26,107 bases of DNA from Azolla caroliniana. Its lineage: Eukaryota; Plantae; Polypodiophyta. Location: assembly GCA_043228905.1 (NCBI GenBank), contig JBHGNT010000430.1:1-26107 (forward strand). Direction: 5' to 3'. Below, piece by piece: positions 7,810-20,139 of this stretch. The notes beneath the pieces are model-generated. The model worked only from the letters and a program-made list of their open reading frames with translations. It was not told where the DNA came from and made no database searches. How positions within the stretch are numbered: position 1 is the first letter of the stretch; the number at the start of each line of letters is the position of its first letter. The translations under genes were made by a program, and so were the position numbers.

Positions 7810-8595
7810 TTAGAAGCGACGAATACAAGCACGAGGGCGAAGATCGCACTGTTGGAGTAGGCGGGAGGCGGCGACGCCTAGAGCTCTTTCCTCGTCATCG
7901 GCCTTGAATTGGCGACGTTGTTGACGTTCGTCCTCTTGTCGTCGAGACATGCGGTGGCGGCGTTCGTCACCCTCTCGTCGCTCACGGCTGCTATCTCTCT
8001 CGCGCTCCTCGTCCTCTTCCTCCCAGCTACGGTGTTCCCTTGATTGTTGGCCATGGCGTCGGCCTTCATCATTGCGTCGTTCCTCCTCGTCAGCATACAA
8101 GGCATCACGTAGGCGATCGCATCGATCTTCGGCGGGGATTCGTTCGACGTTCCTGCAGCACCGTTCCGAGGGTCTTGAGTATCGAGTGTTTTCGATCCAT
8201 GGGGAGCGACGTCCTTGTTCACCTTCCTCTCTTTCGGAGCGCTCTTGTAGCTCTCGGATCTGCTTGTCGATGAAATCACCGCACTCTCGCCTCAGTTCCT
8301 CGTCACGTGGCTCATCGCGACCACGGCTACGACGTTCCCTTTCCTCTTCGGAGTCTCTCTTGTTGTCTCTGTAGCGGCGCCCCTCCTCAAGGAACCCCTC
8401 ACGACGTCGCTCGCGCCTCTCGTCATCGCACTCCCCCTCTCGGCGTCGGTCGCGCCTCTCCTCGTCAATGTCTCCCTCACGACGTCGATCGCGTCGCTCC
8501 TCTTCACGGTCCCGCCCTACAGACCTAGCATTGGCCGCGGTACACGCGGCGAGCATGATCACGGCCATGAGGAATACGGAAGTAAGCTTTGCCAT
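7810..8595 (-). CDS. 2S albumin-like storage protein precursor, copy 5
   Basis: Translation identical to copy 1; Q248 = CAA. Confidence 0.9.
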   Translation of the reverse strand: MAKLTSVFLMAVIMLAACTAANARSVGRDREEERRDRRREGDIDEERRDRRREGECDDERRERRREGFLEEGRRYRDNKRDSEEERERRSRGRDEPRDEELRRECGDFIDKQIRELQERSEREEGEQGRRSPWIENTRYSRPSERCCRNVERIPAEDRCDRLRDALYADEEERRNDEGRRHGQQSREHRSWEEEDEERERDSSRERREGDERRHRMSRRQEDERQQRRQFKADDEERALGVAASRLLQQCDLRPRACIRRF

Positions 8596-9461
8596 TGCGA
8601 TTGTCCTTATGATCCCGGTGCTTGTCTCCTAATGGATTGTATTGACATTGCTCCCTCCACCTTTAATATATACACATGGCCATGCAATCAGAGCACATGC
8701 ATGTCACTCACCACTCCCATTACCATAACGTGTGTGTCCCTGCGTACAACTCTTGCCCAAGACCCATACCAACTAGTCCACCCTCCCACACGTCTAGGCT
8801 AGTCCTAGGTGTCGTATTGTCACCAGACAATCTGGGCGCAACCTGTGGCGGGTACTCCTCCTCCTCCTCGCGCGAGAGCTTGTCGAGCAACATAACATTT
8901 ATACATACGTAGGTAGATGTGCGCACTCGCGCGTGCGCGTAGGGGTGTGCGGGCACGTGCACATTAAACTAGCACGCGCTAGTGCCGAGACACTAAGCAC
9001 GCGGAGGCTACTGCGGGACGAGTGGTGGCTCCCGAGTGTGCTACATCGATGAACGTAGATAGACCGGTGTCCGTACTCGCTCGTTCGGACGAGGGGTTGG
9101 TAACGACGACGACAAGGAAAGCTAACCGGACTACCACACTAGGAGTGTCCTATCGGGCAAGTGTGGAAGCAAGTTCACATTCGCCGCGTGTACAAGTTGA
9201 CCTTAGCCGTTGCCGTGGCGTGTGCGGTATGGGTGGGTGTTCCGCTTTGATGTTTTTTTTCCGTTTGGGTGGTTTGCGGTCCCTATAGGCAAATTCTATA
9301 CGTTGGTGGTCGTGTCTACGTTCGTGTTGGAGGGACGTTGGTGCTCGTGTTTACGTTCGTGTGGGTGTAATGCGCGATTGGGGAGACGCACTTGTTCGTA
9401 AACACTTACGAGAAATTAGAGAGAGACCACGAGAATAATTTGAACAAGGTTTATGTACTAT

Positions 9462-10247
9462 TTAGAAGCGACGAATACAAGCACGAGGGCGAAGATCGCA
9501 CTGTTGGAGTAGGCGGGAGGCGGCGACGCCTAGAGCTCTTTCCTCGTCATCGGCCTTGAATTGGCGACGTTGTTGACGTTCGTCCTCTTGTCGTCGAGAC
9601 ATGCGGTGGCGGCGTTCGTCACCCTCTCGTCGCTCACGGCTGCTATCTCTCTCGCGCTCCTCGTCCTCTTCCTCCCAGCTACGGTGTTCCCTTGATTGTT
9701 GGCCATGGCGTCGGCCTTCATCATTGCGTCGTTCCTCCTCGTCAGCATACAAGGCATCACGTAGGCGATCGCATCGATCTTCGGCGGGGATTCGTTCGAC
9801 GTTCCTGCAGCACCGTTCCGAGGGTCTTGAGTATCGAGTGTTTTCGATCCATGGGGAGCGACGTCCTTGTTCACCTTCCTCTCTTTCGGAGCGCTCTTGT
9901 AGCTCTCGGATCTGCTTGTCGATGAAATCACCGCACTCTCGCCTCAGTTCCTCGTCACGTGGCTCATCGCGACCACGGCTACGACGTTCCCTTTCCTCTT
10001 CGGAGTCTCTCTTGTTGTCTCTGTAGCGGCGCCCCTCCTCAAGGAACCCCTCACGACGTCGCTCGCGCCTCTCGTCATCGCACTCCCCCTCTCGGCGTCG
10101 GTCGCGCCTCTCCTCGTCAATGTCTCCCTCACGACGTCGATCGCGTCGCTCCTCTTCACGGTCCCGCCCTACAGACCTAGCATTGGCCGCGGTACACGCG
10201 GCGAGCATGATCACGGCCATGAGGAATACGGAAGTAAGCTTTGCCAT
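9462..10247 (-). CDS. 2S albumin-like storage protein precursor, copy 6
   Basis: Translation identical to copy 1; Q248 = CAA. Confidence 0.9.
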   Translation of the reverse strand: MAKLTSVFLMAVIMLAACTAANARSVGRDREEERRDRRREGDIDEERRDRRREGECDDERRERRREGFLEEGRRYRDNKRDSEEERERRSRGRDEPRDEELRRECGDFIDKQIRELQERSEREEGEQGRRSPWIENTRYSRPSERCCRNVERIPAEDRCDRLRDALYADEEERRNDEGRRHGQQSREHRSWEEEDEERERDSSRERREGDERRHRMSRRQEDERQQRRQFKADDEERALGVAASRLLQQCDLRPRACIRRF

Positions 10248-11114
10248 TGCGATTGTCCTTATGATCCCGGTGCTTGTCTCCTAATGGATTGTATTGACAT
10301 TGCTCCCTCCACCTTTAATATATACACATGGCCATGCAATCAGAGCACATGCATGTCACTCACCACTCCCATTACCATAACGTGTGTGTCCCTGCGTACA
10401 ACTCTTGCCCAAGACCCATACCAACTAGTCCACCCTCCCACACGTCTAGGCTAGTCCTAGGTGTCGTATTGTCACCAGACAATCTGGGCGCAACCTGTGG
10501 CGGGTACTCCTCCTCCTCCTCGCGCGAGAGCTTGTCGAGCAACATAACATTTATACATACGTAGGTAGATGTGCGCACTCGCGCGTGCGCGTAGGGGTGT
10601 GCGGGCACGTGCACATTAAACTAGCACGCGCTAGTGCCGAGACACTAAGCACGCGGAGGCTACTGCGGGACGAGTGGTGGCTCCCGGAGTGTGCTACATC
10701 GATGAACGTAGATAGACCGGTGTCCGTACTCGCTCGTTCGGACGAGGGGTTGGTAACGACGACGACAAGGAAAGCTAACCGGACTACCACACTAGGAGTG
10801 TCCTATCGGGCAAGTGTGGAAGCAAGTTCACATTCGCCGCGTGTACAAGTTGACCTTAGCCGTTGCCGTGGCGTGTGCGGTATGGGTGGGTGTTCCGCTT
10901 TGATGTTTTTTTTCCGTTTGGGTGGTTTGCGGTCCCTATAGGCAAATTCTATACGTTGGTGGTCGTGTCTACGTTCGTGTTGGAGGGACGTTGGTGCTCG
11001 TGTTTACGTTCGTGTGGGTGTAATGCGCGATTGGGGAGACGCACTTGTTCGTAAACACTTACGAGAAATTAGAGAGAGACCACGAGAATAATTTGAACAA
11101 GGTTTATGTACTAT

Positions 11115-11900
11115 TTAGAAGCGACGAATACAAGCACGAGGGCGAAGATCGCACTGCTGGAGTAGGCGGGAGGCGGCGACGCCTAGAGCTCTTTCCTCGT
11201 CATCGGCCTTGAATTGGCGACGTTGTTGACGTTCGTCCTCTTGTCGTCGAGACATGCGGTGGCGGCGTTCGTCACCCTCTCGTCGCTCACGGCTGCTATC
11301 TCTCTCGCGCTCCTCGTCCTCTTCCTCCCAGCTACGGTGTTCCCTTGATTGTTGGCCATGGCGTCGGCCTTCATCATTGCGTCGTTCCTCCTCGTCAGCA
11401 TACAAGGCATCACGTAGGCGATCGCATCGATCTTCGGCGGGGATTCGTTCGACGTTCCTGCAGCACCGTTCCGAGGGTCTTGAGTATCGAGTGTTTTCGA
11501 TCCATGGGGAGCGACGTCCTTGTTCACCTTCCTCTCTTTCGGAGCGCTCTTGTAGCTCTCGGATCTGCTTGTCGATGAAATCACCGCACTCTCGCCTCAG
11601 TTCCTCGTCACGTGGCTCATCGCGACCACGGCTACGACGTTCCCTTTCCTCTTCGGAGTCTCTCTTGTTGTCTCTGTAGCGGCGCCCCTCCTCAAGGAAC
11701 CCCTCACGACGTCGCTCGCGCCTCTCGTCATCGCACTCCCCCTCTCGGCGTCGGTCGCGCCTCTCCTCGTCAATGTCTCCCTCACGACGTCGATCGCGTC
11801 GCTCCTCTTCACGGTCCCGCCCTACAGACCTAGCATTGGCCGCGGTACACGCGGCGAGCATGATCACGGCCATGAGGAATACGGAAGTAAGCTTTGCCAT
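11115..11900 (-). CDS. 2S albumin-like storage protein precursor, copy 7
   Basis: Translation identical to copy 1; Q248 = CAG (C at 11157). Confidence 0.9.
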   Translation of the reverse strand: MAKLTSVFLMAVIMLAACTAANARSVGRDREEERRDRRREGDIDEERRDRRREGECDDERRERRREGFLEEGRRYRDNKRDSEEERERRSRGRDEPRDEELRRECGDFIDKQIRELQERSEREEGEQGRRSPWIENTRYSRPSERCCRNVERIPAEDRCDRLRDALYADEEERRNDEGRRHGQQSREHRSWEEEDEERERDSSRERREGDERRHRMSRRQEDERQQRRQFKADDEERALGVAASRLLQQCDLRPRACIRRF

Positions 11901-12767
11901 TGCGATTGTCCTTATGATCCCGGTGCTTGTCTCCTAATGGATTGTATTGACATTGCTCCCTCCACCTTTAATATATACACATGGCCATGCAATCAGAGCA
12001 CATGCATGTCACTCACCACTCCCATTACCATAACGTGTGTGTCCCTGCGTACAACTCTTGCCCAAGACCCATACCAACTAGTCCACCCTCCCACACGTCT
12101 AGGCTAGTCCTAGGTGTCGTATTGTCACCAGACAATCTGGGCGCAACCTGTGGCGGGTACTCCTCCTCCTCCTCGCGCGAGAGCTTGTCGAGCAACATAA
12201 CATTTATACATACGTAGGTAGATGTGCGCACTCGCGCGTGCGCGTAGGGGTGTGCGGGCACGTGCACATTAAACTAGCACGCGCTAGTGCCGAGACACTA
12301 AGCACGCGGAGGCTACTGCGGGACGAGTGGTGGCTCCCGGAGTGTGCTACATCGATGAACGTAGATAGACCGGTGTCCGTACTCGCTCGTTCGGACGAGG
12401 GGTTGGTAACGACGACGACAAGGAAAGCTAACCGGACTACCACACTAGGAGTGTCCTATCGGGCAAGTGTGGAAGCAAGTTCACATTCGCCGCGTGTACA
12501 AGTTGACCTTAGCCGTTGCCGTGGCGTGTGCGGTATGGGTGGGTGTTCCGCTTTGATGTTTTTTTTCCGTTTGGGTGGTTTGCGGTCCCTATAGGCAAAT
12601 TCTATACGTTGGTGGTCGTGTCTACGTTCGTGTTGGAGGGACGTTGGTGCTCGTGTTTACGTTCGTGTGGGTGTAATGCGCGATTGGGGAGACGCAGTTG
12701 TTCGTAAACACTTACGAGAAATTAGAGAGAGACCACGAGAATAATTTGAACAAGGTTTATGTACTAT

Positions 12768-13553
12768 TTAGAAGCGACGAATACAAGCACGAGGGCGAAG
12801 ATCGCACTGCTGGAGTAGGCGGGAGGCGGCGACGCCTAGAGCTCTTTCCTCGTCATCGGCCTTGAATTGGCGACGTTGTTGACGTTCGTCCTCTTGTCGT
12901 CGAGACATGCGGTGGCGGCGTTCGTCACCCTCTCGTCGCTCACGGCTGCTATCTCTCTCGCGCTCCTCGTCCTCTTCCTCCCAGCTACGGTGTTCCCTTG
13001 ATTGTTGGCCATGGCGTCGGCCTTCATCATTGCGTCGTTCCTCCTCGTCAGCATACAAGGCATCACGTAGGCGATCGCATCGATCTTCGGCGGGGATTCG
13101 TTCGACGTTCCTGCAGCACCGTTCCGAGGGTCTTGAGTATCGAGTGTTTTCGATCCATGGGGAGCGACGTCCTTGTTCACCTTCCTCTCTTTCGGAGCGC
13201 TCTTGTAGCTCTCGGATCTGCTTGTCGATGAAATCACCGCACTCTCGCCTCAGTTCCTCGTCACGTGGCTCATCGCGACCACGGCTACGACGTTCCCTTT
13301 CCTCTTCGGAGTCTCTCTTGTTGTCTCTGTAGCGGCGCCCCTCCTCAAGGAACCCCTCACGACGTCGCTCGCGCCTCTCGTCATCGCACTCCCCCTCTCG
13401 GCGTCGGTCGCGCCTCTCCTCGTCAATGTCTCCCTCACGACGTCGATCGCGTCGCTCCTCTTCACGGTCCCGCCCTACAGACCTAGCATTGGCCGCGGTA
13501 CACGCGGCGAGCATGATCACGGCCATGAGGAATACGGAAGTAAGCTTTGCCAT
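12768..13553 (-). CDS. 2S albumin-like storage protein precursor, copy 8
   Basis: Translation identical to copy 1; Q248 = CAG. Confidence 0.9.
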   Translation of the reverse strand: MAKLTSVFLMAVIMLAACTAANARSVGRDREEERRDRRREGDIDEERRDRRREGECDDERRERRREGFLEEGRRYRDNKRDSEEERERRSRGRDEPRDEELRRECGDFIDKQIRELQERSEREEGEQGRRSPWIENTRYSRPSERCCRNVERIPAEDRCDRLRDALYADEEERRNDEGRRHGQQSREHRSWEEEDEERERDSSRERREGDERRHRMSRRQEDERQQRRQFKADDEERALGVAASRLLQQCDLRPRACIRRF

Positions 13554-14395
13554 TGCGATTGTCCTTATGATCCCGGTGCTTGTCTCCTAATGGATTGTAT
13601 TGACATTGCTCCCTCCACCTTTAATATATACACATGGCCATGCAATCAGAGCACATGCATGTCACTCACCACTCCCATTACCATAACGTGTGTGTCCCTG
13701 CGTACAACTCTTGCCCAAGACCCATACCAACTAGTCCACCCTCCCACACGTCTAGGCTAGTCCTAGGTGTCGTATTGTCACCAGACAATCTGGGCGCAAC
13801 CTGTGGCGGGTACTCCTCCTCCTCCTCGCGCGAGAGCTTGTCGAGCAACATAACATTTATACATACGTAGGTAGATGTGCGCACTCGCGCGTGCGCGTAG
13901 GGGTGTGCGGGCACGTGCACATTAAACTAGCACGCGCTAGTGCCGAGACACTAAGCACGCGGAGGCTACTGCGGGACGAGTGGTGGCTCCCGGAGTGTGC
14001 TACATCGATGAACGTAGATAGACCGGTGTCCGTACTCGCTCGTTCGGACGAGGGGTTGGTAACGACGACGAACTAGGAGTGTCCTATCGGGCAAGTGTGG
14101 AAGCAAGTTCACATTCGCCGCGTGTACAAGTTGACCTTAGCCGTTGCCGTGGCGTGTGCGGTATGGGTGGGTGTTCCGCTTTGATGTTTTTTTTCCGTTT
14201 GGGTGGTTTGCGGTCCCTATAGGCAAATTCTATACGTTGGTGGTCGTGTCTACGTTCGTGTTGGAGGGACGTTGGTGCTCGTGTTTACGTTCGTGTGGGT
14301 GTAATGCGCGATTGGGGAGACGCACTTGTTCGTAAACACTTACGAGAAATTAGAGAGAGACCACGAGAATAATTTGAACAAGGTTTATGTACTAT

Positions 14396-15181
14396 TTAGA
14401 AGCGACGAATACAAGCACGAGGGCGAAGATCGCACTGCTGGAGTAGGCGGGAGGCGGCGACGCCTAGAGCTCTTTCCTCGTCATCGGCCTTGAATTGGCG
14501 ACGTTGTTGACGTTCGTCCTCTTGTCGTCGAGACATGCGGTGGCGGCGTTCGTCACCCTCTCGTCGCTCACGGCTGCTATCTCTCTCGCGCTCCTCGTCC
14601 TCTTCCTCCCAGCTACGGTGTTCCCTTGATTGTTGGCCATGGCGTCGGCCTTCATCATTGCGTCGTTCCTCCTCGTCAGCATACAAGGCATCACGTAGGC
14701 GATCGCATCGATCTTCGGCGGGGATTCGTTCGACGTTCCTGCAGCACCGTTCCGAGGGTCTTGAGTATCGAGTGTTTTCGATCCATGGGGAGCGACGTCC
14801 TTGTTCACCTTCCTCTCTTTCGGAGCGCTCTTGTAGCTCTCGGATCTGCTTGTCGATGAAATCACCGCACTCTCGCCTCAGTTCCTCGTCACGTGGCTCA
14901 TCGCGACCACGGCTACGACGTTCCCTTTCCTCTTCGGAGTCTCTCTTGTTGTCTCTGTAGCGGCGCCCCTCCTCAAGGAACCCCTCACGACGTCGCTCGC
15001 GCCTCTCGTCATCGCACTCCCCCTCTCGGCGTCGGTCGCGCCTCTCCTCGTCAATGTCTCCCTCACGACGTCGATCGCGTCGCTCCTCTTCACGGTCCCG
15101 CCCTACAGACCTAGCATTGGCCGCGGTACACGCGGCGAGCATGATCACGGCCATGAGGAATACGGAAGTAAGCTTTGCCAT
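14396..15181 (-). CDS. 2S albumin-like storage protein precursor, copy 9
   Basis: Translation identical to copy 1; Q248 = CAG. Confidence 0.9.
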   Translation of the reverse strand: MAKLTSVFLMAVIMLAACTAANARSVGRDREEERRDRRREGDIDEERRDRRREGECDDERRERRREGFLEEGRRYRDNKRDSEEERERRSRGRDEPRDEELRRECGDFIDKQIRELQERSEREEGEQGRRSPWIENTRYSRPSERCCRNVERIPAEDRCDRLRDALYADEEERRNDEGRRHGQQSREHRSWEEEDEERERDSSRERREGDERRHRMSRRQEDERQQRRQFKADDEERALGVAASRLLQQCDLRPRACIRRF

Positions 15182-16048
15182 TGCGATTGTCCTTATGATC
15201 CCGGTGCTTGTCTCCTAATGGATTGTATTGACATTGCTCCCTCCACCTTTAATATATACACATGGCCATGCAATCAGAGCACATGCATGTCACTCACCAC
15301 TCCCATTACCATAACGTGTGTGTCCCTGCGTACAACTCTTGCCCAAGACCCATACCAACTAGTCCACCCTCCCACACGTCTAGGCTAGTCCTAGGTGTCG
15401 TATTGTCACCAGACAATCTGGGCGCAACCTGTGGCGGGTACTCCTCCTCCTCCTCGCGCGAGAGCTTGTCGAGCAACATAACATTTATACATACGTAGGT
15501 AGATGTGCGCACTCGCGCGTGCGCGTAGGGGTGTGCGGGCACGTGCACATTAAACTAGCACGCGCTAGTGCCGAGACACTAAGCACGCGGAGGCTACTGC
15601 GGGACGAGTGGTGGCTCCCGGAGTGTGCTACATCGATGAACGTAGATAGACCGGTGTCCGTACTCGCTCGTTCGGACGAGGGGTTGGTAACGACGACGAC
15701 AAGGAAAGCTAACCGGACTACCACACTAGGAGTGTCCTATCGGGCAAGTGTGGAAGCAAGTTCACATTCGCCGCGTGTACAAGTTGACCTTAGCCGTTGC
15801 CGTGGCGTGTGCGGTATGGGTGGGTGTTCCGCTTTGATGTTTTTTTTCCGTTTGGGTGGTTTGCGGTCCCTATAGGCAAATTCTATACGTTGGTGGTCGT
15901 GTCTACGTTCGTGTTGGAGGGACGTTGGTGCTCGTGTTTACGTTCGTGTGGGTGTAATGCGCGATTGGGGAGACGCACTTGTTCGTAAACACTTACGAGA
16001 AATTAGAGAGAGACCACGAGAATAATTTGAACAAGGTTTATGTACTAT

Positions 16049-16834
16049 TTAGAAGCGACGAATACAAGCACGAGGGCGAAGATCGCACTGCTGGAGTAGG
16101 CGGGAGGCGGCGACGCCTAGAGCTCTTTCCTCGTCATCGGCCTTGAATTGGCGACGTTGTTGACGTTCGTCCTCTTGTCGTCGAGACATGCGGTGGCGGC
16201 GTTCGTCACCCTCTCGTCGCTCACGGCTGCTATCTCTCTCGCGCTCCTCGTCCTCTTCCTCCCAGCTACGGTGTTCCCTTGATTGTTGGCCATGGCGTCG
16301 GCCTTCATCATTGCGTCGTTCCTCCTCGTCAGCATACAAGGCATCACGTAGGCGATCGCATCGATCTTCGGCGGGGATTCGTTCGACGTTCCTGCAGCAC
16401 CGTTCCGAGGGTCTTGAGTATCGAGTGTTTTCGATCCATGGGGAGCGACGTCCTTGTTCACCTTCCTCTCTTTCGGAGCGCTCTTGTAGCTCTCGGATCT
16501 GCTTGTCGATGAAATCACCGCACTCTCGCCTCAGTTCCTCGTCACGTGGCTCATCGCGACCACGGCTACGACGTTCCCTTTCCTCTTCGGAGTCTCTCTT
16601 GTTGTCTCTGTAGCGGCGCCCCTCCTCAAGGAACCCCTCACGACGTCGCTCGCGCCTCTCGTCATCGCACTCCCCCTCTCGGCGTCGGTCGCGCCTCTCC
16701 TCGTCAATGTCTCCCTCACGACGTCGATCGCGTCGCTCCTCTTCACGGTCCCGCCCTACAGACCTAGCATTGGCCGCGGTACACGCGGCGAGCATGATCA
16801 CGGCCATGAGGAATACGGAAGTAAGCTTTGCCAT
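16049..16834 (-). CDS. 2S albumin-like storage protein precursor, copy 10
   Basis: Translation identical to copy 1; Q248 = CAG. Confidence 0.9.
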   Translation of the reverse strand: MAKLTSVFLMAVIMLAACTAANARSVGRDREEERRDRRREGDIDEERRDRRREGECDDERRERRREGFLEEGRRYRDNKRDSEEERERRSRGRDEPRDEELRRECGDFIDKQIRELQERSEREEGEQGRRSPWIENTRYSRPSERCCRNVERIPAEDRCDRLRDALYADEEERRNDEGRRHGQQSREHRSWEEEDEERERDSSRERREGDERRHRMSRRQEDERQQRRQFKADDEERALGVAASRLLQQCDLRPRACIRRF

Positions 16835-17701
16835 TGCGATTGTCCTTATGATCCCGGTGCTTGTCTCCTAATGGATTGTATTGACATTGCTCCCTCCACC
16901 TTTAATATATACACATGGCCATGCAATCAGAGCACATGCATGTCACTCACCACTCCCATTACCATAACGTGTGTGTCCCTGCGTACAACTCTTGCCCAAG
17001 ACCCATACCAACTAGTCCACCCTCCCACACGTCTAGGCTAGTCCTAGGTGTCGTATTGTCACCAGACAATCTGGGCGCAACCTGTGGCGGGTACTCCTCC
17101 TCCTCCTCGCGCGAGAGCTTGTCGAGCAACATAACATTTATACATACGTAGGTAGATGTGCGCACTCGCGCGTGCGCGTAGGGGTGTGCGGGCACGTGCA
17201 CATTAAACTAGCACGCGCTAGTGCCGAGACACTAAGCACGCGGAGGCTACTGCGGGACGAGTGGTGGCTCCCGGAGTGTGCTACATCGATGAACGTAGAT
17301 AGACCGGTGTCCGTACTCGCTCGTTCGGACGAGGGGTTGGTAACGACGACGACAAGGAAAGCTAACCGGACTACCACACTAGGAGTGTCCTATCGGGCAA
17401 GTGTGGAAGCAAGTTCACATTCGCCGCGTGTACAAGTTGACCTTAGCCGTTGCCGTGGCGTGTGCGGTATGGGTGGGTGTTCCGCTTTGATGTTTTTTTT
17501 CCGTTTGGGTGGTTTGCGGTCCCTATAGGCAAATTCTATACGTTGGTGGTCGTGTCTACGTTCGTGTTGGAGGGACGTTGGTGCTCGTGTTTACGTTCGT
17601 GTGGGTGTAATGCGCGATTGGGGAGACGCACTTGTTCGTAAACACTTACGAGAAATTAGAGAGAGACCACGAGAATAATTTGAACAAGGTTTATGTACTA
17701 T

Positions 17702-18487
17702 TTAGAAGCGACGAATACAAGCACGAGGGCGAAGATCGCACTGCTGGAGTAGGCGGGAGGCGGCGACGCCTAGAGCTCTTTCCTCGTCATCGGCCTTGAA
17801 TTGGCGACGTTGTTGACGTTCGTCCTCTTGTCGTCGAGACATGCGGTGGCGGCGTTCGTCACCCTCTCGTCGCTCACGGCTGCTATCTCTCTCGCGCTCC
17901 TCGTCCTCTTCCTCCCAGCTACGGTGTTCCCTTGATTGTTGGCCATGGCGTCGGCCTTCATCATTGCGTCGTTCCTCCTCGTCAGCATACAAGGCATCAC
18001 GTAGGCGATCGCATCGATCTTCGGCGGGGATTCGTTCGACGTTCCTGCAGCACCGTTCCGAGGGTCTTGAGTATCGAGTGTTTTCGATCCATGGGGAGCG
18101 ACGTCCTTGTTCACCTTCCTCTCTTTCGGAGCGCTCTTGTAGCTCTCGGATCTGCTTGTCGATGAAATCACCGCACTCTCGCCTCAGTTCCTCGTCACGT
18201 GGCTCATCGCGACCACGGCTACGACGTTCCCTTTCCTCTTCGGAGTCTCTCTTGTTGTCTCTGTAGCGGCGCCCCTCCTCAAGGAACCCCTCACGACGTC
18301 GCTCGCGCCTCTCGTCATCGCACTCCCCCTCTCGGCGTCGGTCGCGCCTCTCCTCGTCAATGTCTCCCTCACGACGTCGATCGCGTCGCTCCTCTTCACG
18401 GTCCCGCCCTACAGACCTAGCATTGGCCGCGGTACACGCGGCGAGCATGATCACGGCCATGAGGAATACGGAAGTAAGCTTTGCCAT
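17702..18487 (-). CDS. 2S albumin-like storage protein precursor, copy 11
   Basis: Translation identical to copy 1; Q248 = CAG. Confidence 0.9.
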   Translation of the reverse strand: MAKLTSVFLMAVIMLAACTAANARSVGRDREEERRDRRREGDIDEERRDRRREGECDDERRERRREGFLEEGRRYRDNKRDSEEERERRSRGRDEPRDEELRRECGDFIDKQIRELQERSEREEGEQGRRSPWIENTRYSRPSERCCRNVERIPAEDRCDRLRDALYADEEERRNDEGRRHGQQSREHRSWEEEDEERERDSSRERREGDERRHRMSRRQEDERQQRRQFKADDEERALGVAASRLLQQCDLRPRACIRRF

Positions 18488-19353
18488 TGCGATTGTCCTT
18501 ATGATCCCGGTGCTTGTCTCCTAATGGATTGTATTGACATTGCTCCCTCCACCTTTAATATATACACATGGCCATGCAATCAGAGCACATGCATGTCACT
18601 CACCACTCCCATTACCATAACGTGTGTGTCCCTGCGTACAACTCTTGCCCAAGACCCATACCAACTAGTCCACCCTCCCACACGTCTAGGCTAGTCCTAG
18701 GTGTCGTATTGTCACCAGACAATCTGGGCGCAACCTGTGGCGGGTACTCCTCCTCCTCCTCGCGCGAGAGCTTGTCGAGCAACATAACATTTATACATAC
18801 GTAGGTAGATGTGCGCACTCGCGCGTGCGCGTAGGGGTGTGCGGGCACGTGCACATTAAACTAGCACGCGCTAGTGCCGAGACACTAAGCACGCGGAGGC
18901 TACTGCGGGACGAGTGGTGGCTCCCGAGTGTGCTACATCGATGAACGTAGATAGACCGGTGTCCGTACTCGCTCGTTCGGACGAGGGGTTGGTAACGACG
19001 ACGACAAGGAAAGCTAACCGGACTACCACACTAGGAGTGTCCTATCGGGCAAGTGTGGAAGCAAGTTCACATTCGCCGCGTGTACAAGTTGACCTTAGCC
19101 GTTGCCGTGGCGTGTGCGGTATGGGTGGGTGTTCCGCTTTGATGTTTTTTTTCCGTTTGGGTGGTTTGCGGTCCCTATAGGCAAATTCTATACGTTGGTG
19201 GTCGTGTCTACGTTCGTGTTGGAGGGACGTTGGTGCTCGTGTTTACGTTCGTGTGGGTGTAATGCGCGATTGGGGAGACGCACTTGTTCGTAAACACTTA
19301 CGAGAAATTAGAGAGAGACCACGAGAATAATTTGAACAAGGTTTATGTACTAT

Positions 19354-20139
19354 TTAGAAGCGACGAATACAAGCACGAGGGCGAAGATCGCACTGCTGGA
19401 GTAGGCGGGAGGCGGCGACGCCTAGAGCTCTTTCCTCGTCATCGGCCTTGAATTGGCGACGTTGTTGACGTTCGTCCTCTTGTCGTCGAGACATGCGGTG
19501 GCGGCGTTCGTCACCCTCTCGTCGCTCACGGCTGCTATCTCTCTCGCGCTCCTCGTCCTCTTCCTCCCAGCTACGGTGTTCCCTTGATTGTTGGCCATGG
19601 CGTCGGCCTTCATCATTGCGTCGTTCCTCCTCGTCAGCATACAAGGCATCACGTAGGCGATCGCATCGATCTTCGGCGGGGATTCGTTCGACGTTCCTGC
19701 AGCACCGTTCCGAGGGTCTTGAGTATCGAGTGTTTTCGATCCATGGGGAGCGACGTCCTTGTTCACCTTCCTCTCTTTCGGAGCGCTCTTGTAGCTCTCG
19801 GATCTGCTTGTCGATGAAATCACCGCACTCTCGCCTCAGTTCCTCGTCACGTGGCTCATCGCGACCACGGCTACGACGTTCCCTTTCCTCTTCGGAGTCT
19901 CTCTTGTTGTCTCTGTAGCGGCGCCCCTCCTCAAGGAACCCCTCACGACGTCGCTCGCGCCTCTCGTCATCGCACTCCCCCTCTCGGCGTCGGTCGCGCC
20001 TCTCCTCGTCAATGTCTCCCTCACGACGTCGATCGCGTCGCTCCTCTTCACGGTCCCGCCCTACAGACCTAGCATTGGCCGCGGTACACGCGGCGAGCAT
20101 GATCACGGCCATGAGGAATACGGAAGTAAGCTTTGCCAT
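19354..20139 (-). CDS. 2S albumin-like storage protein precursor, copy 12
   Basis: Translation identical to copy 1; Q248 = CAG. Confidence 0.9.
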   Translation of the reverse strand: MAKLTSVFLMAVIMLAACTAANARSVGRDREEERRDRRREGDIDEERRDRRREGECDDERRERRREGFLEEGRRYRDNKRDSEEERERRSRGRDEPRDEELRRECGDFIDKQIRELQERSEREEGEQGRRSPWIENTRYSRPSERCCRNVERIPAEDRCDRLRDALYADEEERRNDEGRRHGQQSREHRSWEEEDEERERDSSRERREGDERRHRMSRRQEDERQQRRQFKADDEERALGVAASRLLQQCDLRPRACIRRF

